From contig JAYWIR010000017.1 of the NCBI GenBank assembly GCA_036172245.1, positions 2,604,001-2,668,000 of the forward strand: a DNA stretch of 64,000 bases. The letters run 5' to 3'. Each line of letters begins with the position of its first letter. Within the stretch, counting starts at the first letter, position 1. The notes under the pieces were generated by a model, which was not told the DNA's origin, made no database searches, and saw only the letters and a list, made by a program, of their open reading frames with translations. The stretch is from Raillietiella orientalis. Lineage: Eukaryota. Shown here piece after piece: positions 1 through 11,874 of this stretch. A program made the translations under genes and the position numbers.

Positions 1-3000
1 AATACCAAGGAAGTTGTAACGTACATATTAAATCCTTTCGTCCACACCTTTTCGAACTGTGCAGACCAACTTCTCCCTAGGAAGCTGCATGCAGATGAAG
101 TGTCGCAAAAAGGTCTCTGGAAGCATTACTCGGAATTCTGTCTCGGAATTTTCTTAGAAGCGATCAAGAGTGAGTGAGGGCATCTCGAAGGCATCTTCGC
201 TTGCTCCATTGCTCCTCGCTCTTCTCCGAGCGTTCCAAAGTCACCAATCGTTGGCATATCAGAGAATCAGAAAATGATGAGAAGAAAAAAAAAAAACATA
301 CATGGAGGCACAGGACGATCCTATTTGCATGATTCCCGGCAGACAACGCGCATAACTGGAGCCGCGCGTATCAGTTGAAAAAACCTGACCTGCCTCTGGA
401 GCGGTCTCCTGTTTTGCATTGGCCGGGATCTAGAGTTTTGGTCCCTCAAGCTGATGCGCAAGCGAACAAGCAGCCTGGAATCTCCTTTGCACCTCTTACA
501 AGACCCTCCCAGCTACAGGAATTTGCGATCAGATTGCCTCAAGTACGTTCTTAATGACAACCGTGATGCGCCTGTTTGCGATCTGTTTGCAGCCACACTC
601 AAAGAGTCGCTTCTGCCTCACAGTCCTTCGTAGTTCCTAGACGAAGGGTTTCGCTAGGTTGTCAGGTCATAAGGTGAATTAAAAATGCTTTCTTTTACAG
701 ATGCATCTTTTGACGGAAATGTTCTGCATTCTGTCGTTTTGAAATCAGAAGTCTACTCTTGTGGATTCATCAATGCGCACAATCGATCTTGGCATGCTGA
801 AACCTTCTCCCCTTCCCCTTTCTTCGAGTGCGACCGCACCCTACCCAGGCTTTTCTTAGAAGTTGCGTCCAGTAGGTGTGGACCGACTCGTTGGACCTCT
901 CTCCTTTCAGGAGTTGAGTTCACTTTCGCCCTCAGTCCTCCGACTCTCTTAGAGTCGCTGCTTGAAGCAGAGGACCTCTAGGCTTTCTCCTTTTGCTGCA
1001 TCATCCTACCTTTGTCACTGAAAGTCATCCGAAACGCTGTGGGCTTCATGCCCCAGCATCCGGCATGCAAGTCATAAGAATCTCCTCTTCGGCAGCATTG
1101 AGACACTGGAATGGGTCTGCAGAAGACTTTTCATCATTGAAGACTAAGTTAACATACCTTGACTGACTTATTCTTGGTTCTGGGCTGGTTGGTTGCTTTC
1201 GATTCCCCAGTCTTGCAGTTTATTGGTAGATCGCCTTTTTCGAGGAAAAACCAAGTTCCTACAGTAGTTCTACATATACAGTATTCAATCTACATATATA
1301 GAATAGTACACTTATGTAACTTTGTATATCTAGATCAAAATTAATTCAATTCTAAATTAATTCCGCTTCAGTGATCGACGTTTCCTAACATATATAACGC
1401 GCTTCGAGATTAAATATTAATTTGAATTAAATATATTTGTATTGCACCTAGCACATTATATGAGACTCATAATGACGACTTTGAGAATTAAAAAGAGGCT
1501 TTTATTTATTTCTAGTGAATGTTTGGAATATCCAGACTATTTATGAATACAAAGCACTCTATAAAGTAGGAACAATGAAAAGGATGCTTTCCTGTCCGTG
1601 CTGAAGGTTAATCCAGAATGTCTCGATAAAGAATTGCCAAATTATTTTCTCCTCGCTTCCCAGATTTGTTTACATCGGCCTTTTCACATAAAAATGAAAA
1701 GAAAAGAAAAAAGTGATCAATTTCCTGTTGGACTGAACTTTCCAGTCTATTGAAAGCGCAGGCAGAGGTCACCTTTGCGTATTCATAGCAGGAAGAACTG
1801 CTTTCACTGATGCTTCAGATTGCATGCGGGGATAACGCTTCGCAGCGTTGAAGCAGAGGAGAATTCGATAATTCTTCCTGACTGGCAATATGAAGAAAAA
1901 GATTCGTTTGCATCTGATGCGATGCGATAACATCTTTAAAGAAATTTCACCGATCGTGTCCACTGGAATTCACATCAAAAGAATGGGACCTTTGATATCC
2001 AAGGCAGAGATTGCAGACTGCGATAGCAGCTTTCTCGAAACCGATATGCAAAAATCGTGGAAAACAGTATCTCGGATGATGGGGAAGGGGAAAGAAAAAA
2101 AATGCAATAATAATACAGACGTCCGTGCTGCAGATGCTATTGATCCTTCGGCAATTACTGGACAAACCCGGCTCCCCACGTGAAGGAGTGAACCTGTACC
2201 GAATCACACTTTAGAATTCGAAAACCATAATTACGAGCAATGAGTTTGTTCAATAGAATGGTTTCCTATAAAAGGCAAAGAAGAATTCTGAAGGGCGATC
2301 TATATTAAGATTCAAGTTTGCGCAGCAAAAAACAATCATCGCGAGTGTGACCAGTGTGAACAAGCGACAAGATAAAAATGAGATGGCAGGAAAAAAACTT
2401 TGGTAGGAAACTTGAGGGTGGAGATTCGAATTTTGCCTTCATGTCAGACGGCTTTAGGCAATAAGCAAGGATTCTGCAAGCTTGTGCAACAACTAAGAGT
2501 GAGTTGCAAGTTTTCATTAGGAGGACTGGCAAAGAGCAACTACAATTGCTCACCATCAAACTGGTCAGCTGCACTGGATTCAATCTTCTACGAAGTCTGA
2601 AAACATTCCTTTCATTTGCTAAACTTTGGTAAAATCGAGTTCACCAGTCCATTTGATCAGGTTCGCTCTTGGTCAACTGGAACTTGGCTTCTTCGCAGCT
2701 ACGCAAGCTGTTGGAAAAACAGTCCCCCCTCGAAGACTTGTATGCACCACTGTCAGGCGACTTCACTAAAAATAACTTTCCGAACACCTTTCATAAGCTG
2801 AAAGGTGTTTGGGAAGTTGTTTTTGTGCTTCCGACGGCAGCCCTTTCTCATAATCCCTAACATGAAAACCAACTGCTGGAAACGAAGAATGCGAGGTGTA
2901 CAAAATACGGAGGAGATGCAACTTAGAAAAAAAAACGATAATACTGAACATTTCGAATTCCTGCTATCAATTTGCTGTTCTTCACATGTAGCTTTATGCA

Positions 3001-4319
3001 GTGCAACAACAGGGAGACAAACAGCATGATGGAAAATCTCCAATATTGAAGAAGGTGAGAAGAGTCGCAGTGCGTCCGTTCGGAATGTTACGAAAAGGTG
3101 GTCCCTGGAAAAAATCCCCTTACTGACAGTGCAGTGTCTAGTAACTTGGCAACAGAAGCAACATGTGTTGGCCACTCAAAGACAAGTCATCTTCTAGAGC
3201 AGCACTTGAATTTGTAGGTGCAGACGTCGACAGGTCAATCCAATCCATGGAAACCATTCTGAGATGCGTCACTTGTACTACATGGACAGCAGTGTGCCGT
3301 ATCTCAAGAATGGTTGTTGCAAGCCGAAAAAGGCAAGCAGATGAGGTCCTTGAATTACTCTCGCAGATCGGAATGCGGTCTTCCCGACACCACAGGCTTA
3401 TCTTTAACACACCTCCTTTCCGGAATGCACAGTGATTACAAAATGATGCGGGTAAAGATCAAGATCACAATAACGTCAACAAATGGACCCTCCAAGTTAC
3501 TGTCTGTAAGAGGATTCTTGCCAGTCTTCGCTACTGCCTGTAAAGATGATGGTTCGAAAACTTTCCAATATAAGACGCAAAACACGCTGACTTTTTGAAT
3601 CATTACTTATATCCCGGACAGCATTTAGGAGTTGTGGCCTCGGCCACGAACCTTACATTCAGCTGACTATGGAAAAATGAAACACATCCGTCTGACCAAA
3701 CTAACCGTCCTTTGATGATCTCCACTTCTTGATCCGCTGACGAGATCACCTCCTCTCTGCAGGAGGGAGACACTCAAGTGTTTATGATCTTGTGGTGTGG
3801 TTTACATAACGTTGGATTTGTAAGGACGCCGCGAATAGCTATCCTTGTGAAGAAGCCTCGTGATCCTTGTGAAGAAGATTATGAACAGCATAATTCTGTG
3901 ACGATGCTTGCAGCGATCTGCAAGCGTCGTCATGGAAGTATGCCTGTCAGCTTGCTGACGACTTTCCTTATTCTTGGCTCTCGCTGTTTTTGCTACGTCG
4001 CTTTATTCACCAATTCATTCATCCTTGTTTGTTTTTTTTTTAATTTCCAAGGCCGACCGAATCCGAAGAGCTCAAGGTTTACTGAGACATCAGTTACGCC
4101 TCAGTTGCTCTCTTTTCAGGGACGTAAATCTTTCTCTCTAACAAAGATTTCCTTCTATGAATCTCTCTACGTATTCATTTATTGGTTGCCCTGATTTATA
4201 GTGCTGCGTTTCACATGACTGTTGTTGCTGTGGCAGCCAGAAAAGAGAGATAAAATAGCATACGAGGCCGAAATTTCATGAGCACAGGATTCGGCCAAAA
4301 GACACTCAGAGAACCATGT

Positions 4320-5200
4320 GATTAGCTTTCAAGATTCCCGACATCCACTCTCCACCCTTTCGCCACTGAAGATTTTGGATCTCGGCTCACCACTAAAGGG
4401 GTAGTTGGGAAGATCGTGCGCCAAGAAGGGAGAAGGATCGCTCCTGCACGAGCAGCCGCGTGTGGGAAGGTGCTCTGCCTCACACAACAGATCATTTCAG
4501 CAGGCACTTCTTTCGCGTGGGAAGGCATGAATCCCTTAAAAGAACGTGTTGAGAAAGCTGTTGGCAGCATATGCAACCTTGTACTCTGCGAACACCTGGA
4601 ATGGGTCGCCTCCCATCCAGGCTCGTTCTGCTTAGGGGTGTCCAGTCCATAAGCCTCCACGTCCGCGGCTCGTCTCAGCGTACGGCAACTGCACTTAGGA
4701 TGGCTTGGAAAGGAATGCCCACAAGGCATGCAGGAATAGCACTCGGGGTTGCGGAGGCAGGATCTCAGGCGGCGCAAGGGTCGCCCGAGAGCAGAAGACC
4801 CCGAAGCATGGATCCTCGAAATGACGAGTTCCCAAGGGAACTTGGGATTTCCAACACATATCTTCCCAGCACTGGGAATCACGGATGTCCACTGTGGCAG
4901 GGACATCTGTGGAACACGTCGACTGGGGTTTCCTCCAGATGAAGACCCAAGTGGAGCACCAGAAAGCGCTCAGAAGAAACCCCACGTGCGAACATCCGAT
5001 CCAGATTGTTTGGCGACATTGGGAGCTGATCCATCCGATCCTTTCCTTCGTATTCCGATGCTGGAGGACAGGATCAGCACGATGAATCCTGCAGCTCCGT
5101 GGAAACCGCCTCTTGCACTGCCCATATCATCCTGCGCAAGCGTTCGGACGCGATCCGCTTGCATTTTTATATGAAGGAATTGAGAGGATGGATTTTTTTT
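4320..5200 (-). mobile_element. L1/Tx1-like LINE relic, ORF2 C-terminal region
   Basis: Degenerate FPWELVISRIH followed by a Cys-containing segment typical of the region before the zf-RVT/CCHC motif. Heavily decayed; limits approximate. Confidence 0.45.
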
Positions 5201-7079
5201 TTTTTTGGTCCATCGTCATGAAACTGTCTACCTTCACGGCTGTGGATCGCTTTTTCGTTGTTCCTCTACTAATAAACGGTCGTAGTTTGAAGGAAATTCT
5301 TAGGGGAGAAGCGAAAACTGAATGAATGTTGTGAGGACTCATCTTGAGAGCAGCCCACTGAAACATCGGCAACCACTTTGTAAACCAAAAAATGGCCGAA
5401 AGTTGCCTCCGATCGCTTTACACTGATTCGAATTGAAGAGAAAACACGGGCACGGGGCTTAGTTGATTCCATCTCTTCGCTGTTTCCTCTGGAGTTCGAA
5501 CAGAAGATGCTGTTGTTGCCATTTACGTTAGAAAGAAGTGCGAGCAGTTTTCTTTCCTCCTTTGAAAATCGAGTTGCTTCTCATCGAGAGAAGAAGAAAA
5601 TCGAAGAATTTTTGTTTGTTTTTTTTATCCTTCCATCAAAATCATGTGCAAGTTTCCTCGTCAGCATTCTCACACCACTGTAGGTTTGCATCAGGAATTT
5701 TTTCATCTCGCTTCAGCCTTGGCGAGTTGCCAAGGAAACGTAGCTGGAGAAACAAGAATTTTCTCTTACAAAAGTGAATAACGGCAAATTTTCGCTGCAA
5801 AAATCTCTGTAATGTTCACTGGTTCCTGAAAATGTTGGGTCCGGACTTCTCTTCGGGACCCTAGGACGAATCAGTTCCCCCTAGGTGTAACCCGATGCTA
5901 AGAACAGTCACGGAGCTGGAAACTTCCAGGAGGATTTACGGCTTCCATTTTTTGATAGTTCGAACTGCCAGCACCCGTCTAGGAAGTGAATGTGCCTTAC
6001 TGTTCTCATAATTCCCTCTCGTTCCCTTATTTCCGATCACTAAAACCCTTTCCATGTGCAACGGTAGACTTCCACGCTGATTCCTTCGAATTTTCGCTAT
6101 TTATTGTAATTATTATTATTCCATTATAGGAAAGTTGCTAAGTTGCTCTGAAATCACTGCAAGAATCCCTGCTTCCCATAGACTGCGGCTCATGGGGAAG
6201 CTCCTTGAATATCTGACACCATCATCCGTCACTTCCGCTACACGTAGGATCGTGGTCCTGTTCTTTGCTTTCCTGTCTTATTGGACTCTCAGTCCCGAAC
6301 TTTTCGGGACGCAGCCGGGATAGCGTGCAGCTTCATTCCGCAAGAGCTCCTGCATCAGCATCCGGTGGTTATTTGTCCTCCGAAGCGACTTCGAGGAATG
6401 TCTTTCCTTGTCTCGAGCCGCGACTCGAATCCCAGCTCGCTCCTCGCGGACGTTGCCGAGGCTGCTCTCTCGCAGAAAATCTCGCCTGTGTGCTTCCCCA
6501 CTCCCCCCACCCCGTCTACCACGCAATTGAATTTCCATGAGAGGAGGAAGGAACTCGCAAGTTTTTCCTTTCTTTCTTCCCACTCATTGTTCTCCGAGAA
6601 GAGGCACGCATGATGAGCGCGATGTGTTTCGTCCGCAACGTCCTCTGCAGCGTCCTCCCTTTCAGACTGCGGTGAAAACGGACAAAATTCTCAAAGGAAG
6701 CTGTACTGGGCATCACGCTCTCGTCGGAAAACGTGCTGCATGGTCTTGCGCGTGCGCAAGCAGGGACACCCTTCTTCGCGAGACAGCCGTCTTCGTGTGA
6801 CATCGGCATGCTGATGGCGTCGGGGGCTTCCCCATTCTTCTCGCTCCCTTTTCCGAGTTGCCAGCAGATTCCGGAGCTGGTCGTTGAAGCCAGCAGCAAT
6901 GGCAACGCTGAAAGGAAGCTGAAATGACTGCCTCGTTTTTCGCTCAGCCTGATGGACGGCTGCGTTTGAGAACATGTGCGCGACGCGCGATCTTCACTGA
7001 AGCGCATTGGCTGCAGAGAAGATTGCGTGGTGGATGCTTCATCCAATCTTATCCAGCTATGTATGCAGAAGTGCCGTGC

Positions 7080-7760
7080 ATGTCCTGTTATTGGGAAACC
7101 ATTTCAACTTTCTCCCTTTTTTTCCTTCATGGTTTTGGGTTCGGCGTTGCTTATCGTTTCATTCTGTTCGCTGATTCTGCGGTCCATATCGGAGGGCGTG
7201 GGAAGTCCAAGAGTCGGCGTCATTCCTCATTCACAATCCAGTGAGCAGCTCCACTTCACTGTAGACTCCAGCTAGCTGTTTGTAGGGGACCATCTGGGAG
7301 AATTTCGGCACTGATCTCAAATCGCCATCTTGGTTTCAAACAAGCTGAAAGTTTGGACACCTTCTTGATCTTGCTTCACTTCAGTTGCTTCAATATCATC
7401 CATAACGTGGCAATCTTCTTGCATTTGCTACCACCTTCAACGAAAGTCCGGCTTTCCTCAGACGTACAGTTCGGAAGCAGCAGGATTTAAGTATTTCTCA
7501 GCAGGCAGCATCGAAATATTTCTCAGATACTTGGGGGTTCGTTTGAGACCAAATAGCAGATGAGGAGTAAACTTACATCAGTAGCGACCAAGAGCCAATC
7601 ACAGTATCGAACGTCGCAGTGCGACAGTGCATTTCATCTGGGAAATTCATTCGTGATGGCTATTCCACCATCCCCACAATCAGCCCTGCTTCTCCATTTC
7701 ATCCTTTTGTTCACTTTATCCTTATCTCCTGTTTCATTCTTTCCTACGGCCGGTGGCCCA
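7080..7760 (-). mobile_element. RTE-like LINE relic, RT thumb and C-terminus
   Basis: Across frames: KDKVNKRMKWRSRA (~EIKRRI), ILLLPNCTSEESRT (~ILPxLTYGSETW), KWSC...MRNDADSWTSHALRYGP (~KWAGHxxRMxxxRWTKxxLxWxP). Confidence 0.5.
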
Positions 7761-7779
7761 TACGTCCGTTGTATTTCCG

Positions 7780-10700
7780 GTATATGAACGGAAGTATTGA
7801 GCATTCGAGCTCACCATCTCTTTGCCCCCCAAGGGCGTCCAGCGTCCTTTGGGATGCAGATGCACCTCACGGAGTCGTTTGGCCCGACCCCATGGTCCCG
7901 GAGACCAGGCCACCATCGCTCGTGCTGCCACGTGGACTCCAGTGGAGCCAATCCACCACACTTGCTCGCTCCTTCCGCAGTCTGGCCTTTTGGGAAGCCC
8001 TCCGCGGAGTTTTTGCAGGAGAGACGATACCTGTCTTTTCTTTGCTACGGAGCACCAGATCCCGCCGAAAAAGTTGGCTTCCAACTCCGCTCGGGACTGG
8101 CCACCCAGAAACAACCAGCTCACGTTCCTTGATCCGAGCTACCAGTCCGTCGCGCGTCTTTTGGGAATCATGGCCGCGTTGCTCGCTTGAGGGATTTTTG
8201 CCACCTCCTGTTGTTGCGGCGGCCGCCAGCATCATCAGAAACGAGCGACGCACACGCAGGCATGACTCCAGGAATTGCGTAAAAATGAAGTAAAGATCCT
8301 TGCTGTTCGTCCCTTGCTGAAGAAAAAAGCCCTTCTGAGTTCATCTCAACTGCCTTTATCTAAAGGTGTTTCTAGCTAAAAATCTTGGTCCTCGTGTTCT
8401 GGTGAATCGAAAGGATAGAGGACCAGGAAAACGAAAGGCGAAAAAAGATCTGAAAGAAACGATTTTGGCAGAGAATGTATTACAAATGCATTCCTAATGT
8501 ACTGAATGCCAAAATCATCATTCAATCCTAATGAGAGGGCAAAACGAGAAAGCGGATTTTGTCTCATCACGACCATCAAAAGGCATAGACCATCTGATCG
8601 ATAAGCGTAGCACCCTAAGAGGAAGACTATCTGAGGCACCAGAAGACCCTCTCACCTCTCATGAAATGAGTCCAGCCATTTATATCTAACAATTTCTGGA
8701 CTACACAGGAGGCCGATTTCTTGTCTTTGGAATCCGTTTTTGCCTTCTCGTGTCTCATTCTAAGAAGGAGATGGAGTTGTGACTGTGATTTTGCCTTAGC
8801 CTTTTTCTGTGATATCCCGTAAGTGGGTTTGCGAAAATTTCGATTGAATACCGGCTTTCTGTGAACCAACGATGCACCCGAACATTTAATGGCAGAGGCA
8901 CCTGAAGAAATTCCTCAGTCCTCATTCTCTGTCTGAGAATCCTGTCTGGAACTTCGAACGAGATTGCCTTCGTCATTCGACTTGGTCTTCGCTTCACTGT
9001 CACTAGATCTGTGACGCACCAGACGGCAGCAGAGCGAGGAAACAGAAAGTCAGAATTCTCTCCTTCGATACAGCAAGCAATTTGAGTTCTCTGGCCTTTG
9101 GAGACTTTTTGATCCAGTGTCTTCGTGGCTGGCCAATCCACACTCCCTTCTTTTGCATCTCAGTTTACTAAGAGCAAATATAGTAGTTCCAGATATCCAA
9201 CGGCGCAGGCCGAATGCAGGTGCCACCTACCCTCTGTTTCTGGACGCTGAGGAAAGAAAAGTCCTTGAGATGTCGGTCCGCCCAAGTTTGCCTGGTGCCA
9301 AACGATTATCAACATGAATTTCGGAAAATATAGGGTCAATAATCTCTCTGGCAAGCGGTACAGCATTGAATCGGCATCTGTGGACGATAAAGCTGAGAAT
9401 TTCTTCGGGTTTATTCCAAGCTGAAGAGTCGAGAACAGAAAGGATGAATCGGTGGCACTTTAAGCCACCTTCATGGTCAACATGAAGAATCAACGATTCG
9501 TTACTGACTACTGGAGGATGAGCCTCCATCTTGCGTCTTTTTGCATTCCAGAAGCTCCGTCGTAGCTCCCGAATGACTAGCTTTCCTAACCATGGAAGAA
9601 ATGACGCGTCCAGATATGGAAGTATCCAATCATGGATGATGATGGAAACATCTTGGTTTGCAGATCATTCCGTGATAAAAAGGAAAGAACGAAAAGGCAG
9701 CACTCGTGAGAGACCTTGAATCTCAGCCAAGGCTTGGCTTAGCAGAAGCTCACAAGAGGAGATCCATCGCGAAATGCAGCATTCCTCCTCTTGAGTGAGT
9801 GGTTCCAAAACTGTGATCCGAAAAAGAGGAGCCCTCTCGCATGCTGGAAGCCTGACTGGATGGGTCCATTCGGGAAGTACAAATCACACACGCGACGGGA
9901 ATTGAGCCGTATCAGCTCCGCAAAGATGAATCTTGCCTTCACGACCTCTGTACTGTGGATCCACCGCAGCAATAGAAACAGCGTATCCCTGAACTCCCAG
10001 GAGCCTGGAGGGGTGCACACTTGACCAAGGTGGACCTGCCTGAATTGCCATCGGCCCTCTTCCGATTGTCAAGAGGACTCCTGCTCGTAGAGTCCACCAG
10101 GATTCTGCTTTTTAGTCCATCCTTGGGAACCTGTGGAAAACGACCACAGGGATATTCCCTGCATGTCGTCAGCAACCAAGCGCTGATGGTTCCCTCATCC
10201 AACGAGGGACGACTTTGAACCGACCGGAACTACATCGCCAGCCGAACTCGACCGAGCCTTTTCTCCCTGCTTGACCCTATCGTGGTACGCGCTCGCCGTG
10301 GCCAACGCTAGAGAGTGCAGGCCAAGTTCGCCCGCATCGGTGTCCGTGTCGGCTGACGCCGCTTGTCACAGCGCGGGTTCGACGAAGAGCACCGCCGCGC
10401 GCGCGCGTGCGTTGCTCTTCGCCGAGCATCAGCTGGTAGCCACGCCCCCTCCATACCTGCTTTCGGAGGAGGCGATCACCGAGGCACAGTTGAAGGCGCG
10501 CCGTGTCGCAGCTCCGGAGCGCCATCACAGAGGCAGCCGGTGGAAGGCGAAAGCCATGCTCCTTTGAGGCACCAAGACTTCCCGCGGGCCTTGGCTCGAT
10601 GGGGACGGCCAGCGAGAGCGTTCAGCTGCCCCGCCATGAAAACCGCCACCTCCTCCAGGTCTCTCATCTGCGTCCGCGTCTTCCTCCCTGCAACCGGCCA

Positions 10701-10850
10701 GGAGCGCTCCTCTCCCTCCCAGAACCGGGCGGGCGCGAAGGCACGCACCAGGCGGGCCTCGCGGGCCGGACGAGGCGCACAGTTCCTGACCACCTCCGCG
10801 TTACATGAACCACTAGCAACATCACTGTCGATGATCCACAGGGTTGCGGT
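7780..10850 (-). mobile_element. L1/Tx1-like LINE relic, ORF2 (APE endonuclease and RT)
   Basis: In the expected order on the minus strand: endonuclease end LFSDH (~9815), LSSTDADSML/APGKLG (~9300-9400, ~KAPGPDG), MTKAISF (~DMxKAFD), GYHRKRLRQNHS (~GVRQGxPLS), CYAYRSD (~YADD). Multiple stops and frameshifts; 5' limit uncertain. Confidence 0.6.
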
Positions 10851-11660
10851 TTCCGCGCGGATCGTCCGACGGGCTACAGCTCGTCCCCAGCAACGGCGAG
10901 ACAGGGAGGGTAGGAGGGGCAATTCGACGCCGCAATGCTGAAGCGATGTTGGGTGCGCCTTGCGCCGCACCCAACTCCCCCGCGGTGTTGCCGTGGCAGC
11001 GGCGAGAGCCTTGCCGTTGCTAGGGACGCCGCGGCTGCACGTCCGCATGTTCGCCCTTTCCTTGCTGCTGGTGAGACCGCCGCACGGATGCGCTCGCTGG
11101 GAGTGCGGCAGCACCGCCTGCCCTCGGGACGGCGCCCTTTCTGCGCCGGCGCAGCGCGCGGAGGGGGGAGGGGGCAAGGACTCCCGAGAATGCGAGTGCA
11201 GAGTGCAGATTAGGCTGGCCGTCTCGGAGTCTCCCGGAAAAAATCCCCGGAAGCTATGCGACATCTCGTCTGCTGTCCGAAGCGTCCCATAGCCGGCAGC
11301 AAATCAGCTGTTTGCGTTTCACCCCTCGAGCGTGCGGCAAGGCGCAGACAGACCCCAGCTCGCCCTCTTCACCGGCCCTTCTCCAGGTCAGCAAGTTTGA
11401 TGCATTCAGAGCATCCTCTTTCCGCTCGGCGCCCGGGAGTGGACGCCTCGGAGGCTCTTCGACCCACTCCCGGAAGAACTGTGGCACGGAGGCGGGAAAG
11501 AGAACGATCCCCACGCGCTCCAACGGCCTGCCGCACCCTACCCTCCCTCGCGACCTCCGTTCGGCACCACCACTGGCACCCGAGTGCCGACGTCGCCCCG
11601 CCCTCAGCAGCCCGGCCGAGGAGGCGGTGCCGCCCGCTTCGGCGGCCTTCGAATCCCAGG

Positions 11661-11874
11661 GTGAATAACTCGAGGCGACCACGGCAACCCCTGACGCGCG
11701 GCGCCTCTCTCGTCTCCTCGCGCCCCCTCTCTCTCCTCGGAGAAGAAAAATCTCCTCCGGACGCTCCCATCCTCCTTTCCTGCGATCATACGGCCCTCGT
11801 GGCTGCCCGCTCTCACCCACGGGAGTGCGTGTGCGTGTGCGACGCGCTGGAAGATCTCGCGTGGATGGGACAGG
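11661..11874 (+). repeat. 214-bp direct repeat, copy 1
   Basis: Identical by eye to 14428-14641 (GTGAATAACTCGAGG...GTGGATGGGACAGG). Confidence 0.95.
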
